Part shown: positions 16,495-25,093 of the stretch, one piece after another
Numbering within the stretch: the stretch's first letter is position 1
Layout: every line of letters begins with the position of its first letter
Source of the DNA: a virus
Taxonomy: Duplodnaviria > Caudoviricetes
DNA length: 31,290 nucleotides
Direction: 5' to 3' (one strand)
IMG/VR virus record: IMGVR_UViG_3300007734_000563
Coordinates: 1 to 31,290 of that record
Made by a program: the position numbers and the translations under genes
Notes under the pieces: model-generated
Database searches by the model: none
What the model was told of the DNA's origin: nothing
Seen by the model: only the letters and a program-made list of their open reading frames with translations

Positions 16495-16991
16495 AAATTA
16501 TAAAAGACAATTTTTTTAACAAAGAAGAAATTAAAGAATACAAAAACATTGCAAATCAATGTTATTATCAACCAACAATTCATAAAAGACAACTACAAAC
16601 TTGTGCCCTTCATACTTTTAATATTAATGCCCATAATTATTTAATAAATAAAATACAAAAAGTTTTTTTTAAAATAAAAAAATTTAAAAATGTAGTTTGC
16701 GATTTTAGGAAAAGAAAAACACCTGTTTCTAATCAAAATAGAGAAGATAAATATATTCACCAGGATAAATCATACTGGAATTGTTTAATTTATTTAGAAG
16801 GCCCTATTTCTTTGTATGATGGAACTACATTTTATAAAAAAATAAATAATCAATTTATTATACAAGACATGATTGGTTTTAAACCAAATAGAGCTATTTT
16901 ATTTAGAGGAATGAATTATCACGGTACTTCACAAGTGCATACAAAAAATGATAACTGGAGAAGCACAATTAATGTATTTTTTTATAGATAA
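16491..16991 (+). CDS. 2OG-Fe(II) oxygenase-like protein
   Basis: IKDNFF, IHQD, LIYL...GTTFY, PNRAILF...YHG, WRSTINVF. Confidence 0.7.
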   Translation: MKIIKDNFFNKEEIKEYKNIANQCYYQPTIHKRQLQTCALHTFNINAHNYLINKIQKVFFKIKKFKNVVCDFRKRKTPVSNQNREDKYIHQDKSYWNCLIYLEGPISLYDGTTFYKKINNQFIIQDMIGFKPNRAILFRGMNYHGTSQVHTKNDNWRSTINVFFYR

Positions 16992-16999
16992 GGCATAAT

Positions 17000-17344
17000 G
17001 TGAATTATTCTAAACCAACTGCACAAATGTTAGGACGATGGCAACCGTTTCACGATGGTCATTTAGCTTTATTTAAAAAGATATTAAAAAAAACTGGACA
17101 GGTGCAAATTATGGTTAGAACCATGCCAAAGTCAAATAATAATCCATTTGAATTTGAAGATATAAAGAAACGAATTGAAGAAAAACTAAAAGATTATGTA
17201 GGTAAATTTGAAGTTATCAAAGTTGCAAATATAACCAATATTTGTTATGGTCGAGACGTTGGTTATAAGATTGAAGAGATTATATTACCAAAACAGATTC
17301 AAAAAATATCTGCAACAAAGATTAGAAAAGAGATGGGTATTTAA
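17000..17344 (+). CDS. HxGH nucleotidyltransferase (cytidylyltransferase-like)
   Basis: LGRWQPFHDGH, YGRDVGY, ISATKIR; GTG start. Confidence 0.8.
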   Translation: MNYSKPTAQMLGRWQPFHDGHLALFKKILKKTGQVQIMVRTMPKSNNNPFEFEDIKKRIEEKLKDYVGKFEVIKVANITNICYGRDVGYKIEEIILPKQIQKISATKIRKEMGI

Positions 17345-17903
17345 AAATATCAAAATCTATTTCAAAATTACGATATACAAGGTTTCGAGTATCTTTATCA
17401 TAATAATATTTTAAATCTTTATTATAATTAAGTTTATTTAAAAATTTTAATTTTTTATTTAATATTTTCTCTAACTTAGATATTTTTTCAATTTTAAATA
17501 TTTCTACGTTATCATTGGTATCTAACCATGTTTTTTGAGGAAGAAACATGTATGTATTCATATAATGAAAATTTACTTCATTTTTAAATAGAAAATAATT
17601 TACAAAATGTTTAAATGAATAAACTTTAAATGGAATTGTCAAATCATTGTTTAAATAATAATGAATATAGTTTTTCATTTTTTCTTTTAAAAAAAAATAA
17701 ATACTTAATATTCTTGAATATGGATTTCTTATAGATGTAAAAAGTAAATCATATTTATAATTATTTAGATTCGCTCTAGTTTTTAATTGTTGACATGTTA
17801 GGTGACCATTAAAGATAGAAGGATAATTAAAATTTTCCATTAAAGTTGTTTTAATTGATATGCCTGCATTTTTTGGTATATGTACATATAAAGGAAAATT
17901 CAT
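17322..17903 (-). CDS. Sulfotransferase (Sulfotransfer_2-like)
   Basis: YVHIPKNAGISI (5'-PSB loop), IRNPYSRILSIY (3'-PB), PQ..W, DFDIFKY end. Confidence 0.8.
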   Translation of the reverse strand: MNFPLYVHIPKNAGISIKTTLMENFNYPSIFNGHLTCQQLKTRANLNNYKYDLLFTSIRNPYSRILSIYFFLKEKMKNYIHYYLNNDLTIPFKVYSFKHFVNYFLFKNEVNFHYMNTYMFLPQKTWLDTNDNVEIFKIEKISKLEKILNKKLKFLNKLNYNKDLKYYYDKDTRNLVYRNFEIDFDIFKYPSLF

Positions 17904-17914
17904 AAATTTCTGCG

Positions 17915-17943
17915 TTGTATAATAGCAAAAAGGCGTATATAAT
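17915..17943 (+). promoter_or_regulatory. sigma70-like promoter, probably yielding a leaderless mRNA
   Basis: TTGTAT-17bp-TATAAT; the ATG begins 7 nt after the -10 box and has no SD. Confidence 0.6.
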
Positions 17944-17949
17944 TCAAGT

Positions 17950-19890
17950 ATGCCCCTACAAAAAATACAATTTAAACCTGGATTTAATAAACAACAAACT
18001 GCAACCGGAGCTGAAGGGCAATGGATTGAGGGCGATAATATTAGGTTTCGTTATGGTGAACCTCAAAAAATAGGTGGTTGGGAACAACTTGTATCTACAA
18101 CTATGGCAGGTCCTGCCAGAGAACAATTAACTTGGACTGCATTAAATGGTAAAAAATACGCTGCAATTGGAACTTCAAAATTATTAGTTATTTATTATCA
18201 ACAACAATTTTATGATATAACTCCAGTTCAAACTGCAGTAACTGGTTGTACTTATACATCCACAACAGGATCAGCAACTGTTACAATTACAAAATCAAAT
18301 CACGGATTGTCTATTGGAGATTATATAATATTTTCTGCAGCAACAACTCCAGGATCACCAACCACAAGTTACACTTCAGGTAGTTTTACTACAAATCCAT
18401 TTGAAGTAAAAACAGTTCCAACTTCTTCTACTTTTACTCTTACAATGCCAACAACTGAAACAGGAACTGGAGTTTCAACTGGTGGAACTTTATCTTTTCA
18501 AGCATATGAAACAATTGGACCTGTAACACAAACTGCAGCTTATGGTTGGGGAGCTGGAAAATGGGGAGCTTCTACGTGGGGAACTGAAAGATCTACTACA
18601 ACAGTTAGCCTCGCTCCTGGCTCCTGGTCACTCGATAATTATGGCCAGATTCTAATTGCAACTATTAAAAATGGTAAAACATTTTCATGGGACCCTTCTG
18701 CAGTTGGCGCATTAACGACTCGAGCTACTATCGTTACAAATGCTCCAACAAAATCTGTTATGACATTAGTATCCGATAGAGATAGACATTTATTTGCACT
18801 TGGAACCGAAACAACGATTGGAGATACTACCACCTTTGATCCAATGTTTATAAGATTTTCAAATCAAGAAGATATTAATAGTTGGAATCCAAAAGTGACT
18901 AATACGGCAGGAACTTTTAGACTAGATACGGGAAACGAGATTATAGGAGCTGTGCAAGGTAAAGATTATATATTAGTTTTAACGGATCAAGCAGCTTATG
19001 TTATTCAGTTTGTTGGTCCTCCATTTACATTCTCTGTAAGACAAGTTGGAACTAATTGTGGATGTATTGGTCAACATGCATTGGTTTATGCAGAGGGAGC
19101 TGTATTTTGGATGGGATTTGGAGGTGGTTTTTTTGCATTTGATGGTACCGTTAAACAAATACCATCTCTTGTTGAAGACTATGTATTTACAACAACGGGC
19201 GATAATTTAGGAATTAATTATAATGCAAGTCAATTAGTTTATGCATATCACAATTCATTATTTAATGAGGTAGGTTGGTATTATCCTCAAGCAACTTCCA
19301 ATCAAATAGATAGAAACGTAGTTTATAATTTTACAGAAAATACTTGGGCAACAGGAACATTATCTAGAACAACTTATGAAGATTCCATTACTTATACATT
19401 GCCTTATGCAACGGAGTTTACAACAAATGCAACTCCAACATTTCCAACTATTAATGGTGTAACAAATGCTTATGGTGCAAGTAAATACTGGGCACATGAA
19501 ACGGGTGTGAATGAAGTAGATTCTAATGGAACTGCAACAGCTATTGCTGCTTACGTTAAATCTGGAGACTATGATATATCGGAACAAGGATTAGGTGGAG
19601 ACGGTCAATTAATTATGCGTGTTAAAAGATTTATTCCAGATTTCAAAAGTCTAGAAGGTAATGCAAAAATAACTTTATATTTTAGAGATTATCCATCTAA
19701 TAGTGAATCAACACCTTCTACAACTCCACCTTTAATTACTGGACCCTTTACAATTACCTCTTCAACTAGTAAAGTAGATACCAGAGTGAGAGGAAGACAA
19801 GTAAGTTTAAAAATAGAAAATGACGCAGTGGATGAAACTTGGAGATACGGAACTTTAAGATTAGACATTGAAGCAGGAGGAAGAAGATAA
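17950..19890 (+). CDS. Tail nozzle / packaged-DNA stabilisation protein (P22 gp10-like)
   Basis: 646-aa beta-rich protein; IRFSNQED, TNTAGTFRL, GTNCGCIG, VFWMG, RVRGRQ, WRYGTLRLD. Confidence 0.75.
   Translation: MPLQKIQFKPGFNKQQTATGAEGQWIEGDNIRFRYGEPQKIGGWEQLVSTTMAGPAREQLTWTALNGKKYAAIGTSKLLVIYYQQQFYDITPVQTAVTGCTYTSTTGSATVTITKSNHGLSIGDYIIFSAATTPGSPTTSYTSGSFTTNPFEVKTVPTSSTFTLTMPTTETGTGVSTGGTLSFQAYETIGPVTQTAAYGWGAGKWGASTWGTERSTTTVSLAPGSWSLDNYGQILIATIKNGKTFSWDPSAVGALTTRATIVTNAPTKSVMTLVSDRDRHLFALGTETTIGDTTTFDPMFIRFSNQEDINSWNPKVTNTAGTFRLDTGNEIIGAVQGKDYILVLTDQAAYVIQFVGPPFTFSVRQVGTNCGCIGQHALVYAEGAVFWMGFGGGFFAFDGTVKQIPSLVEDYVFTTTGDNLGINYNASQLVYAYHNSLFNEVGWYYPQATSNQIDRNVVYNFTENTWATGTLSRTTYEDSITYTLPYATEFTTNATPTFPTINGVTNAYGASKYWAHETGVNEVDSNGTATAIAAYVKSGDYDISEQGLGGDGQLIMRVKRFIPDFKSLEGNAKITLYFRDYPSNSESTPSTTPPLITGPFTITSSTSKVDTRVRGRQVSLKIENDAVDETWRYGTLRLDIEAGGRR
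18610..18634 (-). repeat. Heptamer array, 4 x CNAG on the - strand
   Basis: CTCG, CTGG, CTGG, CTCG at 18610, 18617, 18624 and 18631 on the + strand. Confidence 0.7.
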
Positions 19891-20069
19891 TGGCAAAAAT
19901 AACAGCAAATATACCAGAACCATCTGATAACTATGATGTTAATAATCAAAGACAAATTTTAGAGGCAGTTAACACAATGAAAGATCAATTAAATTTTAGT
20001 TTTCAAAAAGAATTAAAAGATGAACTAGAAGCATTTAGTTGGTTTATATTTAGTGGACCTAGAAATTAA
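19890..20069 (+). CDS. 59-aa conserved small protein (missing from the ORF track)
   Basis: MAKITANIPEPSDNYDVNNQRQILEAVNTMKDQLNFSFQKELKDELEAFSWFIFSGPRN*; GGAGG RBS; TAATG coupling at both ends. Confidence 0.8.
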   Translation: MAKITANIPEPSDNYDVNNQRQILEAVNTMKDQLNFSFQKELKDELEAFSWFIFSGPRN

Positions 20070-20410
20070 TGACTATATTTTATAAAAACCAAGGTTATGA
20101 TTTAACCACAAGTAATTTAACAACTGTGTTAAATATTAATACTTCTACCGTTGCAATTATAAAAGAAATATCAGTTGCAAATGATCATACTAATACAGTT
20201 GAAGTAAATTATTATTTTACAGATTCTTCTACATCAACCACTTATAAATTTTATCATACTAAAGTTGCAGCGAATTCTAATGATAATGCAATACATAATG
20301 CACTAGTATTAGAAGAAGGAGACTATTTAGAATTTCAAGCAGCAGGTGCTAATTTTATATCAGGTCAAATTTCATATGCATTACTAACAAGGTCAGGTGA
20401 AAATGGGTGA
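20069..20410 (+). CDS. Small virion-associated beta protein
   Basis: YKN..YDL, LVLEEGDYL motif; coupled start. Confidence 0.7.
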   Translation: MTIFYKNQGYDLTTSNLTTVLNINTSTVAIIKEISVANDHTNTVEVNYYFTDSSTSTTYKFYHTKVAANSNDNAIHNALVLEEGDYLEFQAAGANFISGQISYALLTRSGENG

Positions 20411-20591
20411 AGTAATTAAAATAGAATGTAAGACAAAAGAAATTATTAAAAGTAAAAAGACAGGTAAAACTTACGAAAACATGGAAGAATTTCTAAAAGA
20501 AAATACAATGGAAGATTTGCAAAAAGATTTAAATGTTATGGTAACTAACAAAGGATTAGATTTAATGAATAAGATATTTAATAATAAATGA
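20403..20591 (+). CDS. Hypothetical protein
   Basis: ATG at 20403 is preferred over GTG at 20397; KTGKTY motif. Confidence 0.6.
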   Translation: MGEVIKIECKTKEIIKSKKTGKTYENMEEFLKENTMEDLQKDLNVMVTNKGLDLMNKIFNNK

Positions 20592-21523
20592 ATCCAAGAG
20601 GCGGTACAGAACTACAGGTAGAATTATTAGAAAGATTTGTAGATAAAGATCTTTTAGATAAAGTGCAGATTACAACATCTGTGCCTGAAAAAATACCATT
20701 ACATCCAACAAAACCAAATATACTTTGGCAACAAAATTCATATGACCAGCCTAATTTGGCGCCTTGGTTTCAAAATAAAGATAATCATAAAAAATATGAT
20801 TGGTATGTATTTAACTCTCATTGGTGTTATGAAAAATTTAGAATGATGTTTGATATACCAACAGAAAAATCTTTAGTTATAAAAAATGCTATAGATAAAA
20901 TTGAAACAAGATCATTAGATTACAATAAAGGCGATCCTATTAAATTAATTTATACTTCAACTCCATGGAGAGGTTTAAGTGTACTTCTTGGTGCAATGCA
21001 ACTTGTTAAAAATAAAAATGTACATTTAGATGTATATTCTTCAACACAAGTTTATGGTGATCAATTTAAATCAGCTAATGATGATAAATTTCAAGGACTT
21101 TATAATCAAGCAGCAGCATTAAAGAATGTAAGTTATATTGGATATAAACCTAATGAATACATTAAAGAAAATTTAAAAAATTATCATATGTTTGTATATC
21201 CAAACATATGGGAAGAAACATCTTGTATTGCATTAATAGAAGCTATGGCTGCAGGTCTTTATTGTATTACAACTGATTATGGTGCTCTATTTGAAACAGG
21301 ATCAGAGTTTGTAACCTATTTACCATTTGAAAAAAATTACATTAAACTTGCACATACATTTGCATCGGTGATTGATGCAGCTGCAAACATGCTTGGAGAA
21401 ACGGGAACCAAGGATCATTTAAAAATGCAAATAGAATTTACAAATAAATTTTATTCATGGGAGCTTAGAAAAATATTATGGAACAAATTTTTACAAGGAG
21501 TAATCAATGCAAGATCCAAGTAA
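20588..21523 (+). CDS. Glycosyltransferase, GT-B fold (GT4-like)
   Basis: PRGGTE, YTSTPWRGL, YPNIWEETSCIALIEAMAAG (E-x7-E). Confidence 0.85.
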   Translation: MNPRGGTELQVELLERFVDKDLLDKVQITTSVPEKIPLHPTKPNILWQQNSYDQPNLAPWFQNKDNHKKYDWYVFNSHWCYEKFRMMFDIPTEKSLVIKNAIDKIETRSLDYNKGDPIKLIYTSTPWRGLSVLLGAMQLVKNKNVHLDVYSSTQVYGDQFKSANDDKFQGLYNQAAALKNVSYIGYKPNEYIKENLKNYHMFVYPNIWEETSCIALIEAMAAGLYCITTDYGALFETGSEFVTYLPFEKNYIKLAHTFASVIDAAANMLGETGTKDHLKMQIEFTNKFYSWELRKILWNKFLQGVINARSK

Positions 21524-22373
21524 ACCAATATGGTTTAAAACAGAAACAAATGACTTTACTACAAAGTTAAAAGAACCTGAAACTAGAATCTATGTAGCAA
21601 CGCCAGTACATAATGAATGTTCAATTCATTACACGCAAGCTTTATTAAAATTTCAACAAGCATGTATGATGAATGGAATCATGGTTTCTTTTTCATTACT
21701 TAAATCATCATTAGTTACACAAGGAAGAAATTTATGTGTTTCTAATTATTTAAATGATCCAATGAATTATACACATTTATTATTTATAGATTCAGATATT
21801 GATTTTAAATTTGATACTATAATAAAGATGTTAAAATTTGATAAAGAAGTAATAGCTTGCCCATATCCTATGAAACATATTCATTGGGAGCAAATATGGG
21901 AAAGATTAGAACTTGGTAAAATTAAAACAAAAGAAGAGTTAATGCGAGCTGGGTTTATCTATCCAATTAAAATGGATAATTTAATGGATGAAAATAAAAA
22001 AGAAATAAGTGTTGTAGATGGTTTAATTGAAGTATCTCATGCTCCAACAGGATGTATGTTAATTAAAAGACAAGTATTTGATAAAATGATTAAAGCTTAT
22101 CCTGATCTTAAAATTGATCAAGACACTATTATAAATGGAAAGACACAAAAAAATCCTAATATGTATAATTTTTTTGATACTATTTTTGTACCAGAATCTA
22201 AAAAATATTATGGAGAAGACTTTGGATTTTGTAGAAAATGGTCTTTAATTGGTGGTAAATGTTATTGTTATATAGATGATTACATAACCCATGTTGGTGA
22301 GTATCAATATAATGGTAAATTAAAAGATAATCTCGAATTTAAACCCGTTGACGATTCACAGAAAAACAAGTAA
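21507..22373 (+). CDS. Glycosyltransferase-like, GT-A fold
   Basis: YVATP, SLVTQGRN, LLFIDSDI (DxD), TGCMLIKR, GEDFGFCRKW, THVG. Confidence 0.8.
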   Translation: MQDPSKPIWFKTETNDFTTKLKEPETRIYVATPVHNECSIHYTQALLKFQQACMMNGIMVSFSLLKSSLVTQGRNLCVSNYLNDPMNYTHLLFIDSDIDFKFDTIIKMLKFDKEVIACPYPMKHIHWEQIWERLELGKIKTKEELMRAGFIYPIKMDNLMDENKKEISVVDGLIEVSHAPTGCMLIKRQVFDKMIKAYPDLKIDQDTIINGKTQKNPNMYNFFDTIFVPESKKYYGEDFGFCRKWSLIGGKCYCYIDDYITHVGEYQYNGKLKDNLEFKPVDDSQKNK

Positions 22374-22376
22374 AGT
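22348..22376 (+). promoter_or_regulatory. sigma70-like promoter for the ejection-protein operon
   Basis: TTGACG-17bp-TAAAGT, followed by a small CAGG-8nt-CCTG hairpin. Confidence 0.55.
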
Positions 22377-22427
22377 ATACGTTTTCAGGACTCTGTGCCT
22401 GCTATTAATAACTAATTAATTAAAAAT

Positions 22428-24263
22428 ATGGATTCTATAGCTACGGCACGAGATTTTTTTATAAACCAACAAGGATTAAGCCCTGACCAAGCAGACACAA
22501 TTATTGGTCAAGGATTACAGGCTTATAATCAACAAACACAACCACGAAGCATGATGCAAATGGCATCAGGTGGTATTGCAAGACTTGGTTATCAATTAGG
22601 TGGCATTAGCACTATGCCAATGGATTATGGTCAACCATTACAAGTGCCACAACAACAACAACCTATGTTTACTACAACTGGTAGTGCAACATCTAGTCCA
22701 TTATTAAATTATGGACAGACAAGACTTAATCAAGCAGGTGGAACTTCATTATCAAGACCAGGTTATCAAGAAGGTGGATTAACAGAATTTTATAAAGCAG
22801 AAGAACCAATCATTCCAAGAATAGAAAATATAGGTGGTCTTTTAGATCAAGCAGAAAAATCAATTGGAGAACCTGCTAATAACATGGCATCTCCATTAGC
22901 AACTACATTTTCAAGATTTGGATATGAAGCAGGTGGTGTTACAATTCCATCGCAAGGATCTGAAATGGAACAACTTAATCAAATGGATCCGGCTCAAGCA
23001 GTAGAAATAATTACAAAATTATTAATTGAAAATGGTGTTCCACCAGAACAAGCTCAACAGTTAGCATTACAAATTATACAAATATTTGCTCAAGGTGGTG
23101 AACCGGCAGTTGAAGCATTTGCAGATCAATTGGAACAAGAAGAAGTACAAGCTATGGCAGGTGGTGGTATTGCAGGATATGCTTATAGACAAGGTTATGG
23201 TTTTGGAGGAATAGGTAAAGCAATTGGAAGTGTATTTAAAGGAGCGGCAAAAGCAGTTTCAGGAGTTGTAAAAGGAGTAGCTAAAGCAGTTAAATCAGTT
23301 GTTAAAAGTGATATTGGTAAATTAGCTTTACTTGCTGGTGGAGCATATTTAATGATGAACCCAGGAATTCTTTCAGGGCTTGGTGCAGGAACAGCGGCAG
23401 GAGCAGGAACAACAGCATTAGAAACAGCGGCATTAACAGAAGCAGGATTAGGTGGACTTGGTACATCTTTAACTGCAGGAACAGGTTCTTTAGTAATGCC
23501 AACAGCAGCATCTGTTGGAACAGCATTACCCGCAACTGCAGGTGGATTAACAACTGCAGGATCTTTAGCATTACCAGCAGCGACATCAATAACAGCTGAT
23601 GCATTAGCAGCGGCAACACCTAGTTTTTTTGAAACAGCAAAAGCTGTAGCAATGGATCCATCAGTATCAGGAATTAAATCATTAGCTCAACAAGGTCTTT
23701 CTAGTATTACAAATTTAGGTTCTGAAGCATTAGATTATGCAAATAAAAATAAATTATCTACTGCCCTTACTGTTGCAAACTTGGCTTCACTAGGTGCTCA
23801 ATTAGGTATGCCTAGAAATGAAGGTGAAGATGATGCTTCTTATGCTAAACGATTACAAGAAGCTCAAGGTTATGTAACTCAATACGGAAGAAATTTAAGA
23901 ATAACTAATCCTTCTTTTTATCAAAGAGAAGGTGCGGTAAATCCATTTGCTACAACTATGGCAGCTAATGGTGGTATAATGGGATATGCAAAAGGTGGTT
24001 CAATGATTCCCCCTGCTAGACAAATTGAAGGTGGTATTATAGAATTAGATGCAAGAAAAACAGGTGGATACATTCCATATGGCAAAAAGGAACGAGTAGA
24101 TGATGTTCCTGCAATGCTTGCAAAAGATGAATTCGTATTCACTTCACGTGCAGTCAAGGCTGCAGGTGATGGAAGCGCGAGACGAGGGGCTGCTAAAATG
24201 TATAAATTAATGAAACAATTAGAATCAAAAGGCATGAAAATGGAACGAGGAGCTAGAGCATAA
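22428..24263 (+). CDS. Internal virion/ejection protein with xxxGG repeats
   Basis: Gln-rich N-terminus, Gly/Ala hydrophobic middle, C-terminal DDVPAMLAKDEFV motif. Confidence 0.7.
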   Translation: MDSIATARDFFINQQGLSPDQADTIIGQGLQAYNQQTQPRSMMQMASGGIARLGYQLGGISTMPMDYGQPLQVPQQQQPMFTTTGSATSSPLLNYGQTRLNQAGGTSLSRPGYQEGGLTEFYKAEEPIIPRIENIGGLLDQAEKSIGEPANNMASPLATTFSRFGYEAGGVTIPSQGSEMEQLNQMDPAQAVEIITKLLIENGVPPEQAQQLALQIIQIFAQGGEPAVEAFADQLEQEEVQAMAGGGIAGYAYRQGYGFGGIGKAIGSVFKGAAKAVSGVVKGVAKAVKSVVKSDIGKLALLAGGAYLMMNPGILSGLGAGTAAGAGTTALETAALTEAGLGGLGTSLTAGTGSLVMPTAASVGTALPATAGGLTTAGSLALPAATSITADALAAATPSFFETAKAVAMDPSVSGIKSLAQQGLSSITNLGSEALDYANKNKLSTALTVANLASLGAQLGMPRNEGEDDASYAKRLQEAQGYVTQYGRNLRITNPSFYQREGAVNPFATTMAANGGIMGYAKGGSMIPPARQIEGGIIELDARKTGGYIPYGKKERVDDVPAMLAKDEFVFTSRAVKAAGDGSARRGAAKMYKLMKQLESKGMKMERGARA

Positions 24264-25087
24264 TGGCTGAGATTACACAAACACAAACATTACCTGCACC
24301 GTTTATAGAAGCTTTAGGTAAAACTTATGGTGAACAATTAACATCAGCTATTGGTGGATTAAAAGATTTAGATGTATCTAAAATTTATGGGCCACAATTT
24401 GTTGCACCACAAAGTGCACTTCAACAACAAGCACAACAATTAGGACAAGGACTTGGTGCATATCAACCTTATTTACAAGCAGCAGAAGCTGCAACAGGAC
24501 CTACTGCATATCAACAGTATATGTCTCCATATCAACAAGATGTTATCAATGCAACTTTAAGACAATATGACATTCAGGCACAAAAAGGTTTACCTGCGTT
24601 AGCAGCACAAGCAATAGCACAAGGTGCATATGGTGGAGGAAGAGAAGGTGTTCAAAGAGCGGAATATCAAACACAATCAGATTTAAATAGAGCTTTACTT
24701 GAAGCACAATTAAGACAACAAGGATTTGCTCAAGCTCAAAATTTAGCTGCTAATCAATATAGTCAACAATTAGGATTAGCGGGTCAGGCTCAAGGATTAT
24801 TAGGTGCACAAATTTCAGGACTTAGTGCATTAGGTCAACAACAACAAGCTCAACAACAAGCACAATTAGAAGCACAAAAACAATTAGAATATCAAAGAAT
24901 ATATCAACCATTACAAACTGCACAAGCATACGGAGCAGGTATTGCACCTTTAATTCAAGGATATCCACAAGCAACTCAACAAACTATAGCTCCTTCACCT
25001 TCTGCTTTACAAACAGGATTAGGAACTCTTGCTACATTAGCTGGTATTTATAGATCTTTTCAACCTACACAAGTTAAAATAATTTAA
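24263..25087 (+). CDS. Gln/Ala-rich DNA-ejection (pilot) protein
   Basis: YMSPYQQDVI, GAYGGGREGV, Q-rich helices, C-terminal hydrophobic LGTLATLAG. Confidence 0.7.
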   Translation: MAEITQTQTLPAPFIEALGKTYGEQLTSAIGGLKDLDVSKIYGPQFVAPQSALQQQAQQLGQGLGAYQPYLQAAEAATGPTAYQQYMSPYQQDVINATLRQYDIQAQKGLPALAAQAIAQGAYGGGREGVQRAEYQTQSDLNRALLEAQLRQQGFAQAQNLAANQYSQQLGLAGQAQGLLGAQISGLSALGQQQQAQQQAQLEAQKQLEYQRIYQPLQTAQAYGAGIAPLIQGYPQATQQTIAPSPSALQTGLGTLATLAGIYRSFQPTQVKII

Positions 25088-25093
25088 ATAATC

